This document shows positions 47,843 through 57,892 of a stretch of 64,000 nucleotides of DNA, piece after piece. Position 1 is the stretch's first letter. Each line of letters opens with the position of its first letter. The translations under genes and the position numbers were made by a program. Below the pieces are notes generated by a model that did not search any database, was not told where the DNA came from, and saw only the letters and a program-made list of their open reading frames with translations. Source of the stretch: an uncultured Poribacteria bacterium (GTDB lineage: Bacteria > Poribacteria > WGA-4E > WGA-3G); assembly GCA_958296135.2 (NCBI GenBank), contig CATQHZ020000001.1:3680001-3744000 (forward strand), given 5' to 3'.

Positions 47843-50800
47843 TTATTTGCGCTGCTTGACAGCCCCGAACGTTGTCAGGTGCCGGTGCGCAGGCGTGAAC
47901 CCCGCTTTCACTCGCTGCGTCGCGAGTGTCTCACGGTGGCCAGCCAACGACACCTCCTCTAGCCGGTAGGTGTACGCAACGCCGGGCTTCGCCGTTTTAT
48001 CTGTAAAGGCATAGGCACTCCGTTCGCCCGTGGTGCCAGCACCGAGAAGAAGCCGCGGCGTGATGCTGCGGAAGGCCGCCTTGCCCGTTTCACTGCGCAG
48101 GATGCTGAACCCGGCATTGTTCACCTCCGACGCGGTAGCCCACTCGATGACGACACCGGCATCGGTTCGCGCAATCTGGAAGTGTGCCAATTCCACCGGT
48201 AACGGCCCGCCTTCGCGGTAGCCCGGTGTGCCTTTGTCGTCCGCGCGTCCATAATAGACATCCGCACTGAACCGGTTGATGTTCGCGGCGAGCACCCAGC
48301 CCTCCCGCACCTTGCCATCTTCGGCTGTGCCTTTGTCGTAACGCCGAATGAGGGAACTGCGCCCCGATTCGGCCGGGGCGAACGGCAGCTGCCACGCAGG
48401 CGCATCGTGCGTCCGACGATTGCCATCCGTATTCCCAACCTCGTCCACCAACGCGCCGTTTTTATCGGAGAGTTTCAGCGTGAACCCCTCGGCACTCAAG
48501 AATGTGTCGCGTGCACTTTTGATGCGCAGATTCTTCTGATGCAACGCCAGCAGGTTGTAAACGCGCGATGCAGGGAAGACATCCGCCGAGGCGGCACGCG
48601 CATCCCCTGCCACAATCAGCAGCGTCTGATTCGGCTGAATCACCTTTTCCTTCAGCGTCAACGTGACAACCGGTCTGCCCACCAAATCTTCCGAATCCAC
48701 ATTCTGGATGTCCAGCTTCCAGCGGTTCAGGTTCAGTGCCGCCGTTTTGGAGGCATTATACACCTCTATCCACTGCGGCAGGGTGCCGCCCGCTGAATCC
48801 ACCATGATTTCACTCAGGGTGACACTGCCTCTCGGCGTGGCTGCCACCGGTTTCACCGCATCGTTCGGATACCCCGGCGTGCCAGCCGTTGCCGGCGCGT
48901 TCTCTACCGCCCGCTCATACCCGACACCCGTGTAGGCGGCTTGTGTCCATGCCTCTTTGTGGTAACCGACGATGTCCGCCTTGTCGCGCCGCCATACCTT
49001 ACCCTCCGCAAGGGCGGCCCCGGTATTCTCACGCGGATGCTTCGTCGCTCTCAACGGCCAAATGTCCGTCTGGAACGCGTGCCCTTTGTCCGCGATAAAA
49101 GCATCCGTGTCGCGGCCACCCCCGCCAGCGACATCAATCACATGCTCCCCTTTGCCCAGTTGCCCTGTCGCATTCCGGAGCATCAAGAGGAACTGCCCAT
49201 CGCCCGGAAGCGTCAGCTTCGGCGCGATGAAGTAGCGGTGCACCTGACCGGCTTTCGCCCCGCCCGGCACGGTGATGTCCACACCCCCGGCAAGACGCGT
49301 TTTATCGGGCGGCCGCTGCGTCAATAGCAAAATACCGTTAGGCGGAATGCTAAACGGCGCATCCGATGGAAATACCACGAGCGGTACCTCCACTTTCTCC
49401 CCATCGGCGACGATGCTGATGCCCCAATTTTTCAGCGGCACCGCCTCAGCCGTGACATTCCGCAGTTCCACCCAATCGTTCGCGCCCACGGCACCGTTGC
49501 CTATCTCGTTGAAAATCAGCGGCGTGCGGGGAATCTGCGTCGGTTTCACGGGCTGCACTGTCTCTGTAGGGGGAAGAACCAACACGGGCGAACCCAGAAC
49601 AGGCACCTCTTGCGTCAGCGGTGATGCCGGCTGCTGCGGCTGTCCCTGCGAGGGCTGCGCAGTGTCCCCTGGAAACGCGACGATGCCGCCAGGGCCCGTG
49701 TCAGACGTGCTGTCGGTGCCAGTACGTTCGCTTATCACAACCTCACTCACGCCATTGCTGATAGGTGCCGTCTCGGGCACGACAATACGCGGTGCCCAAT
49801 GGATGACACTCGCGACATCCCCCGGCTGCACTTCATAGACGAACGTGACAACAGTAGAATTCGCATCTCGCGCCGCCTGCCAATAGGCGCGCCGCTGATT
49901 CGCCTCCGTTCGTTCCCCTAAATAGAGAACGATATACGGCCGATTCGCGATGTCCACATTCGCGGGGATATCCACATTGTCATCGTCAAACGTAAGTTCC
50001 AGGGCGAGTTCGCTACCCACGGTATACCCCGTCGCCGGGGGCGGCACCACCGCGACATCGGTTATCACCGGCGGCGTATTGTAAATTACCACCAACGGCG
50101 AGGCGGCACCGCTGTAGGTATCACCTGTCAACGTACCAACACTGCCGCTTTTCACTTGAAACGTGTAGGTGCCTTCCGTTGTGACGGTGACAGGCACGGT
50201 GTAGCGGGCACTAGACGCATCGGAAAGCGTTAACTCACCGAACGTCGCCGCCCCTTCACCGGTGACGCTGATGTCTCCCACGCTAAACGCCGCATCGCCA
50301 ACAGTGGCAAGAGACTCCGAGAAATCGAAGGACACTGTCCAATTCGGTTCACTTGTAACGCGCCTTTCCCCTGTCAGCGCGACAGAACTCTCAAACACTA
50401 GCCCAATAGACATCTCGTCTACACCGGTAACGGTGACGGTGAGCCGCTGCGTCGTGCTTAATTGCCGCCCACCCGTCCCACTCGTCGCCGTAATCAAAAC
50501 AATATAGGTGTTGTTACCTGCCGCATCAGCCGGCGCAGGTGTCGTGTGTGCCGCATCCGTCGGATTCTCAAAATCCGGCGACACACGGAACCGCAACACA
50601 CCGCTGCTAAACGTGAACGCGCCGCTATCCGTGCCACTCAGCGAATACCCGGTAATCTCATCGTCCGAATCTACGTCCGTTGCAACGACAGTAACGACAG
50701 CGGTGCTAGCCGGGGTATTTTCCGCGACAGTGACAACATCACTACTGCTGAAAACCGGCGCATCGTTCGGCTGAGATGTCCCCGTAACCGCGTCCGACCA

Positions 50801-53800
50801 GGGGCCCGTGTCCTCCGCATTTGTCGCACGCACCTGAATCTCAAGACTCGTCCCCTGTGTCAACCCGGTTATCGTGGCTGTCGTGCCGGTACCGGTGTGC
50901 GGATGAGCCGTGAAACTCCCGGTGTTCCCCACGCGATACTGCACGTCGTAGTCCGTTATCGCCGGGCCTGTGTTAGTAGGGGCACTCCAACTGACGGTAA
51001 TACTCGTGACTGTCGTGGCAGTGACTTGCGGCGTAGCAGGTTTGCCAGGTGCCTCGGCCACATCCGTAACGGTGACGATGAGCGTCTTACTCACCGATAA
51101 CTGCCGAGCCCCCGTGCCACTCGTCGCCGTGATTGTCACAACATACACGTTATTAGTGGCAGCATTCGCCGGCGTAGGGCTCACCGCATCTGTCGGATTT
51201 TCATAATCCGGGGCTGACGCAAACGTCACCGCGCCAGTGGACGCATTGATGGAGAACTTCGCGCTATCCGCGCCACCGCTAATCGTATAACTCACCGCAT
51301 CGGTAGTCACCGTATCCGCATCGGTGGCGGTAGCGGTTGTCACAGCAGTGCTATTCTCGGCAACATTGAACGCTGTCGTGCTACTGCTGAAAACCGGCGC
51401 GACATTCGCGGGCGTTGTCCCATTTTGACTCACCCAAGCACTCTCGCCTTCAGCATTTGTCGCGCGAACTCGCACATTATAGGCTGTCCCCGCTGTCAAC
51501 CCCGTGAGTGTGGCAGAGACAGTCGTACCCGTATGTGTCCAAGTGCTCCACATCGTAGCCGTGCCTAACTTATACTGCACATCGTAGCCGCTCAGGGCCG
51601 GCGTCCCTGTAGGAATAACTGGCGCAGTCCAACTCAGGGGCAACTCTGTCGGTTCGGAAGCCGCAGGGGTGACGGTTAACGCCGTGGGAACAGGCGGCGG
51701 CTCAGCCTCATCCGTAACGGTGACGATGAGCGTCTTGCTCACCGATAACTGCCGAGCCCCCGTGCCACTCGTCGCCCTAATTGTCACAACATACTCATTA
51801 TTGTTGGCGGCATTCACCGGCGTAGGGCTCACCGCATCTGTCGGATTTTCAAAATCCGGGGCTGACGCAAACGTCACCGCGCCAGTGGACGCATTGATGG
51901 AGAACTTCGCGCTATCCGCGCCACCGCTAATCGCATAACTCACCGCATCGCCGCTATCACTATCGGTGGCGGTAGCGGTTGTCACAGCAGTGCTATTCTC
52001 GGCAACATTGAACGCTGTCGTGCTACTGCTGAAAACCGGCGCGACATGCGTGGGCGTTGTCCCATTTTGACTCACCCAAGCACTCTCGCCTTCAGCATTT
52101 GTCGCGCGAACTCGCACATTATAGGCTGTCCCCGCTGTCAACCCCGTGAGCGTGGCAGAGGTAGTCGTACCGGAATGTGCCCAAGTGCTCCACATCGTAG
52201 CCGTGCCTAACTTATACTGCACATCGTAGCCGCTCAGGGCCGGTGTCCCTGTAGGAATAACTGGCGCAGTCCAACTCAGGGGCAACTCTGTCGGTTCGGA
52301 AGCCGCAGGGGTGACGGTTAACGCCGTGGGAACAGGCGGCGGCTCATTCACATCCGTAACAGTCACGATGAGCGTCTTACTCACCGATAACTGCCGAGCC
52401 CCCGTGCCACTCGTCGCCGTGATTGTCACAACATACACGTTATTAGTGGCAGCATTCGCCGGCGTAGGGCTCACCGCATCTGTCGGATTTTCATAATCCG
52501 GGGCTGACGCAAACGTCACCGCGCCAGTGGACGCATTGATGGAGAACTTCGCGCTATCCGCGCCACCGCTAATCGTATAACTCACCGCATCGGTAGTCAC
52601 CGTATCCGCATCGGTGGCGGTGGCAGTTGTCACAGCAGTGCTATTCTCGGCAACATTGAACGCTGTCGTGCTACTGCTGAAAACCGGCGCGACATTCGCG
52701 GGCGTTGTCCCATTTTGACTCACCCAAGCACTCTCGCCTTCAGCATTTGTCGCGCGAACTCGCACATTATAGGCTGTCCCCGCTGTCAACCCCGTGAGTG
52801 TGGCAGAGGCAGTCGTACCCGTATGTGTCCAATCGCTCCACATCGTAGCCGTGCCTAACTTATACTGCACATCGTAGCCGCTCAGGGCCGGTGTCCCTGT
52901 GGGAATAACTGGCGCAGTCCAACTCAGGGGCAACTCTGTCGGTTTGGAAGTCGCAGGGGTGACGGTTAACGCCGTGGGGACAGGCGGCGGCTCATTCACA
53001 TCCGTGACAGTCACCGTCAGCGTCTGCGTGGCAGTCTGGGAAGGACTACTACCGCTGGTAGCCGTCACCACAACGATATATTCGTTGTTGCTCGCCGCAT
53101 TTGCCGGCGTGGTACTCACGACATCTTGCGGATTTTCATAGTCCGGGACAAAAGAAGAAGCAAATCGCAGCTTATTGGTGTCAGCGATTTGGAATCTTGC
53201 CCTATCAACACCAGCCGTAGTTGATACGGCATAGGTGATCGACGTATCTATGTCCGTATTGGCATCCGTGGCACTCAAGGTCGCGATGTTTGCCGTGGCA
53301 GCCGTATTTTCCGCTACGGAGGCTGTGGCCGTTGCAGCAGAAAACGCCGGCGGCGCATCGTAATAGACATCGACTAACCATGTGCTGTGAGCCCAGACAA
53401 CAGCATTACCGGCCCCAGGGTCTATTCCCGTGAACTGAAACAGCTGAGTCTGAAAAGTGCCTCTTCCACTCGGCGTAAGCGTCGCTGTCCAGACTTTTTG
53501 ATCGGTGGCACTCCGCGTGGGCGCGGACAGGGTAGCATTGCCATTTCCAGCGAGAGTCTGAAAGTTGCTTGCCGATAACCCGCTGACTACCGCCGAAAAA
53601 GTTACTGTGAGTGTAACCGGGCCGGTTATCCTTTGATATGTCTCAGGAGTCATTGTCGCGGGGGGGGTATAAGTGTAATCCCCATGATGCTTGGCTCCGG
53701 ATAGTGCCACGGTAAAGCTTACGCTCGCGGCGTGTGCGGTTGACGTTGCCATCAATACACACAGCAGGAGCACCAGGCGTGTCAGAGACTTCGTTAAAAC

Positions 53801-53868
53801 CCTAAACTTAACTCGTGTTGAGGGGGGGGGGTAGTCTTTTTATCATGTTTCGCCATAACATTCATCAT
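47843..53868 (-). CDS. Giant surface protein (cadherin and FN3 repeats, two lamin-tail-like domains, LPVEL domain); 5' end frameshifted at a C10 tract
   Basis: Motifs PDYENP, VTVTDVNEPP, YNVRVRATNAEG, FNEI...DWVELRN and PLPVEL. The RBS and ATG at 53868/53865 are out of frame with the ORF at 53773. Confidence 0.85.
51060..53010 (-). repeat. Three near-identical FN3+cadherin tandem units
   Basis: The marker CAGGCGGCGGCTC occurs at 51691, 52333 and 52981 (periods 642 and 648 bp). Confidence 0.9.
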
Positions 53869-53919
53869 TATCTCCTCTATAAATATTTAGCTTCGGTGAC
53901 GCAGTTTCATCTCTAGGCC

Positions 53920-54390
53920 CTGTAGGAGAGACCTCCTGGTCTCGATGTCCCCGGTAGGAGAGCCCTCCCGCGTCTCAATGTCCCACCGTAGGAGAGACCT
54001 CCCGGTCTCGATGTCCCCGGTAGGAGAGACCTCCCGCGTCTCGATGCAGTAGGAGGGACATCCCTGTCCCGATGCAGTAGGAGGGACATCCCGCGTCTCG
54101 ATGCAGACAGAAACTAGACACCTCAGCGAAGTTAACAAACATAATACCATAAAACGCCGAAAAACGTCAAGTTTTTTTTATAAATCGCCTCGCGCGAACC
54201 GTCAGAAAGCATCGAGACCAGGAGGGCGCGCCTACGGTAGGAGGGACATCCTTGTCCCGATACACAACAAATCGAGACCGGGAGGGCGCGCCTACGGTAG
54301 GAGGGACATCCTTGTCCCGATACACAACAAATCGAGACCGGGAGGGCGCGCCTACCGGGAAAATCGAGACCAGGAGGTCTCTCCTACCGG
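53920..54390. repeat. REP family A cluster/BIME-like array downstream of RAYT
   Basis: Multiple GTAGGAG(A/G)GAC...CGAT units and a 60-bp tandem doublet at 54237-54356. Confidence 0.85.
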
Positions 54391-54396
54391 GCAATG

Positions 54397-54870
54397 TCAG
54401 TCCATCTTGAATTTGCATTGCCAATACGGATAATCCTTTGCTTCTTGGACGAGCCCGCGTCGCACTGGGTTCTCGTAACAGTAGCGGATAATGGCGTTCA
54501 ACGATGCGTCCCGGCGAATGCCATGGTCATAATAGGTTTCTTGCCAAAGAGAACCGCGTCTACCTAACAGCGCGTTAATCTGCTTCGCCGTAAAATTCTG
54601 CAAGGATTTCATGACGTTTGATAAAGTCTGTTTATGTCCTAGTTGAATCACGGCGTGAACATGGTCTGGCATCACCATGATGCAGTGCCATGTTAACCGT
54701 TCGTCAGTTTCTAGCCAATCAAAGCATTGAAAAATAATGTTTGCAACGTCAGCATTAGCAAGAATCGGTTTTCTGTTCAACGTTGCGAACGTGAGAGCAT
54801 AGTATGTTCCCGGTATAGAGCGTCTACCTTTTCGCAATTGCCGATATCCTCGGCGCGGTGTTTCATTCAT
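54397..54870 (-). CDS. REP-associated tyrosine transposase (RAYT, HUH/Y1)
   Basis: Motifs MPDHVHAVI (HUH), LWQETYYDHGIR and YCYENPVRRGL. ATG at 54870. Confidence 0.9.
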   Translation of the reverse strand: MNETPRRGYRQLRKGRRSIPGTYYALTFATLNRKPILANADVANIIFQCFDWLETDERLTWHCIMVMPDHVHAVIQLGHKQTLSNVMKSLQNFTAKQINALLGRRGSLWQETYYDHGIRRDASLNAIIRYCYENPVRRGLVQEAKDYPYWQCKFKMD

Positions 54871-54882
54871 AGCCTTTCCCTT

Positions 54883-55300
54883 AGTAGGCGCGCCCCCGGT
54901 TAGTAAGCACCCCCATCCGGTCTCGATGCAGGAAGCGGCACATCCCGGGCCCGACCTGTCCCGATGCAGGAGGCGGCACATCCTCGTCCCGATGCAGGAG
55001 GAGAGCCCTCCCGCGTCTCGATGTCCCCGGTAGGAGAGACCTCCCGCGTCTCGATGTCCCACCGTAGGAGGGACATCCCGGTCTCGATGTCCCACCGTAG
55101 GAGGGACATCCCGGTCTCGATGCAGGAGGGACATCCCTGTCCCGATGCAGACAGAAACTAGACACCTCAGCGAAGTTAACAAACATAATACCATAAAACG
55201 CCGAAAAATGTCAAGTTTTTTTCATAAATCGCCTCGCGCGAACCGTAGGAAAGCATCGAGACCAGGAGGTCTCTCCTACCGGGGAAATTGAGACGCGGGA
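54883..55300. repeat. REP family A cluster upstream of RAYT, including the second copy of a ~126-bp promoter-containing direct repeat
   Basis: 55144-55269 is nearly identical to 54100-54225. Confidence 0.85.
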
Positions 55301-55302
55301 AC

Positions 55303-55758
55303 TCATCTATCCGCCGGTGCCGCCAACTTCTCGGAACGCCGCATCCATTCCTCAATGATAATGTCGGTGCGTTCTAACAACCGACCAATCGTGCGTTGCA
55401 CGTAATAGAGAAACCCGATGATGGCCATCAAGACACCGATAGTGACCCCTATCCACCAGCGCAAGGTTGCGCGCAATTCCTGGATGTCGGTTGTCACCTG
55501 CTTATCCCGCATCTCCTGCTCGCGCCGAAGGGAGCGGATTTCAGTCATCATTTCGTTCCTGAGGGAGCGGATTTCGGCCGCCGTCGCCTTCTCTGATGCC
55601 TCTAGTTTCGTATTCACGTAGGCCTTGAGTTGTTCTGTCTGTTTCTCGTTAGCAGTAGAGACAATCCGCTCCACGGCCTGCAGGTCTGCAGCAGTAAGCG
55701 CGCCAAACACCGGCACAGCCAAAGCAAACGCGAAAAACATAAACACAAGCACTCTCAT
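55303..55758 (-). CDS. Small signal-peptide/coiled-coil/TM protein, related to the gene at 11294
   Basis: 'FGALTAADLQAVERIV' resembles 'FGELSVEDIEKIRAIV'; EIRSLR repeats at 11-aa spacing; C-terminal TM helix. Confidence 0.7.
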   Translation of the reverse strand: MRVLVFMFFAFALAVPVFGALTAADLQAVERIVSTANEKQTEQLKAYVNTKLEASEKATAAEIRSLRNEMMTEIRSLRREQEMRDKQVTTDIQELRATLRWWIGVTIGVLMAIIGFLYYVQRTIGRLLERTDIIIEEWMRRSEKLAAPADR

Positions 55759-55849
55759 GTTAAAATCCTCCTTGACTTCAGCGCGCAAGAAACGCGCGCG
55801 CAAGCGGCTGTAGGGAAACCAACCCGCCTGAAGCGGACAGGCCCCCGCA

Positions 55850-56221
55850 CTACGGAACGCGGCTTGCTGTCTTCACAGGAAAACGATAATAGCCAAGAAA
55901 CGCAATATCCCGCAACCCCCGGAAAAGCAACCGGCGCACCCCGAAACGGCTCGCCGCCCATGTCTCAATATATCGTTCGGCATCGCGAGAAGCCAGACGC
56001 GTGAAACGGCGCGGCTTCCCGATAAAAAGAAGCGGACCCCACTCAAACAGAAACAGCCCGAAACGAACCTGCACTTGCAACGTCTTCGGCAGCTGCATCA
56101 CGAACGCGTCCATTACTTCAAGCGGTTCATCTAATGCCGTATCGCGCGCAACACCTACCATCTCGGCGCACACGGATTTCAAAATGCGGCGCTCAGTTGG
56201 ACGAAAAAAGTAGGTTTTCAT
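55850..56221 (-). CDS. Hypothetical protein (gluconate 2-dehydrogenase subunit 3-like)
   Basis: 'RRFTRLASRDAERYIETW...RGLRDIAFLGYY'. Confidence 0.55.
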   Translation of the reverse strand: MKTYFFRPTERRILKSVCAEMVGVARDTALDEPLEVMDAFVMQLPKTLQVQVRFGLFLFEWGPLLFIGKPRRFTRLASRDAERYIETWAASRFGVRRLLFRGLRDIAFLGYYRFPVKTASRVP

Positions 56222-56224
56222 ACG

Positions 56225-57223
56225 TTACGACAAATAGGCTCGGCAGAACTCGCGCGCTTCCCGCACCGCCTCCGCTTCACCGTGTTGAATGTCTAACACC
56301 TTGACGACATCCCCCGGCACCCGCGCGAACACCGCATCCCAATCCAAATCCCCGCTCCCCGGCGGATGATACGCCGCAAGTCCCTGCAAGTCATGCAGGT
56401 TCACCCCGATGAGGTGTTCCGCGTATGCCTCCAGCCACGTATGTGCGCGGCACAAACCGAGGCACTCCTGTAGCGCGGCGTGCGCCACATCGTGCCAATA
56501 GCGCATCGGACTGCCGTAGAATTCCTCAAAGAATAGGCCGACTTCGTCAAAATTCGGCAATTGATAATAGCGCGGACGATTTTCAATGGCAAGGTAGAGG
56601 TGCATCCGCAAGGCGCGTTCATTCAATGCGTCTAGGCTTCGGAGGACAGCATCGCGATGCTCCGCCTCCTTGCGCTTTCGCCACTCCGTCGCCTCGGTTA
56701 CCTTTTCGCGGAACGCCTCAAACTCGCGTTCGCCGCGATTGTAAAGAGCTGTCAGCAGATACGTCCTGTCGTAGGTATCCACTTCGCCGAGGTGCAGCAC
56801 GACTACCGGCACCTCCAATTCAACGGCGAGTTCCATCGTTCGCACGGTGCGGCGAACTGCCTCCTGCCGTTCATCGGTGTTAAGGCTAGCGAGTTGAACC
56901 GGGGAGGTCTCGCCGCTGCCCGCAGCGCGAGCGCCTGTCCCTCGCGAGGCCGCTCCCACCACCGTAGCGCGAGGGCCTGTCCCTCGCGAGGCCGCTCCCA
57001 CCACCGTAGCGCGAGGGCCTGTCCCTCGCGATGGATTCGGACAACAACTATGGATAGAACAAGGCGGCTTTTCGCGGAGCAGCGGCTTGAGCTGCTCAAC
57101 CTGCTCATGCGTCAGGTGCCGGCTGAGTCCGAGCGTATCAAAGCCGAGTTCCTTCAGCTCGTCAAACAGTGCCGCGCCATCGGGTTGTTTTAAAGCGTTC
57201 CAGCGTGTTGAAATGGCTAACAT
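56225..57223 (-). CDS. Xylose-isomerase-like TIM-barrel protein with in-frame REP insertion
   Basis: Motifs VVVLHLG, LAIENR, WHDVAHA and NLHD. Confidence 0.82.
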   Translation of the reverse strand: MLAISTRWNALKQPDGAALFDELKELGFDTLGLSRHLTHEQVEQLKPLLREKPPCSIHSCCPNPSRGTGPRATVVGAASRGTGPRATVVGAASRGTGARAAGSGETSPVQLASLNTDERQEAVRRTVRTMELAVELEVPVVVLHLGEVDTYDRTYLLTALYNRGEREFEAFREKVTEATEWRKRKEAEHRDAVLRSLDALNERALRMHLYLAIENRPRYYQLPNFDEVGLFFEEFYGSPMRYWHDVAHAALQECLGLCRAHTWLEAYAEHLIGVNLHDLQGLAAYHPPGSGDLDWDAVFARVPGDVVKVLDIQHGEAEAVREAREFCRAYLS

Positions 57224-57230
57224 GTTTTTA

Positions 57231-57836
57231 TCAAGCCGTCACGTTGACTTTTCGCCCCTCAATTTTCAGTTTTCCCTGCGCGTACCACTTAATCACCCGC
57301 GGATAGAGCTGATGCTCTTCAATTTGGATGCGCGCATGCAAGCTCGCCTCATCGTCCGTATCCAACACGGGCACCGCTGTCTGCGCGATAATCGGCCCGG
57401 AATCGACACCCTCATCGACGAAATGCACAGTAACTCCCGTGACTTTCACGCCATACGCCAACGTATCGGCGACAGGATGCGCGCCCGGAAAAGCAGGCAG
57501 CAGTGTCGGATGCACGTTGAGGATACGATTCCGATATTTGCGGACAAATGGCGGTTGAAATAGTTTCATAAACCCCGCGAGGACTATCAATTCCGCGCCT
57601 GCCTGCTCGATTTCACGTGAAATTGCCGCATCAAAATCGACGCGGCTCTTAAAATCTTGGGTTTTGACAACGCGCGTTGGGATGCCGGCACGTTCTGCGC
57701 GCGTGAGCGCGTAAACCCCCGGCCTATCGCTTATCACAACAGCGATGGCGATGCCGCCGCCCGGGTCTTGATGGAGTTGCTCTATCAGGGTTTGCAAGTT
57801 AGTCCCGCTCCCTGAGACGAGGACAGCTATCTTCAA
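57231..57836 (-). CDS. purN: Phosphoribosylglycinamide formyltransferase
   Basis: Motifs IAVLVSGSGTNLQ, LAGFM, NVHPTLLPAFPG and HFVDEGVDSGPII. Probable TTG start at 57836. Confidence 0.96.
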   Translation of the reverse strand: MKIAVLVSGSGTNLQTLIEQLHQDPGGGIAIAVVISDRPGVYALTRAERAGIPTRVVKTQDFKSRVDFDAAISREIEQAGAELIVLAGFMKLFQPPFVRKYRNRILNVHPTLLPAFPGAHPVADTLAYGVKVTGVTVHFVDEGVDSGPIIAQTAVPVLDTDDEASLHARIQIEEHQLYPRVIKWYAQGKLKIEGRKVNVTA

Positions 57837-57892
57837 TTTCTGTTCCTTGTGTCTAATTGACAGGCGCGCTTTGAAAGCGCGCCTAAAACCTG

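Noticed and set aside
54871-55194. N-terminal extension of RAYT, and ORFs 53887-54150, 54101-54433 and 54167-54424
   Set aside because: These are translations of REP repeats and the duplicated promoter module.
53920-55300. Possible CRISPR array
   Set aside because: The units are degenerate GTAG palindromes in both orientations with 5-10 bp linkers and no unique spacers. They flank a RAYT, recur across the window, and no cas genes are present.
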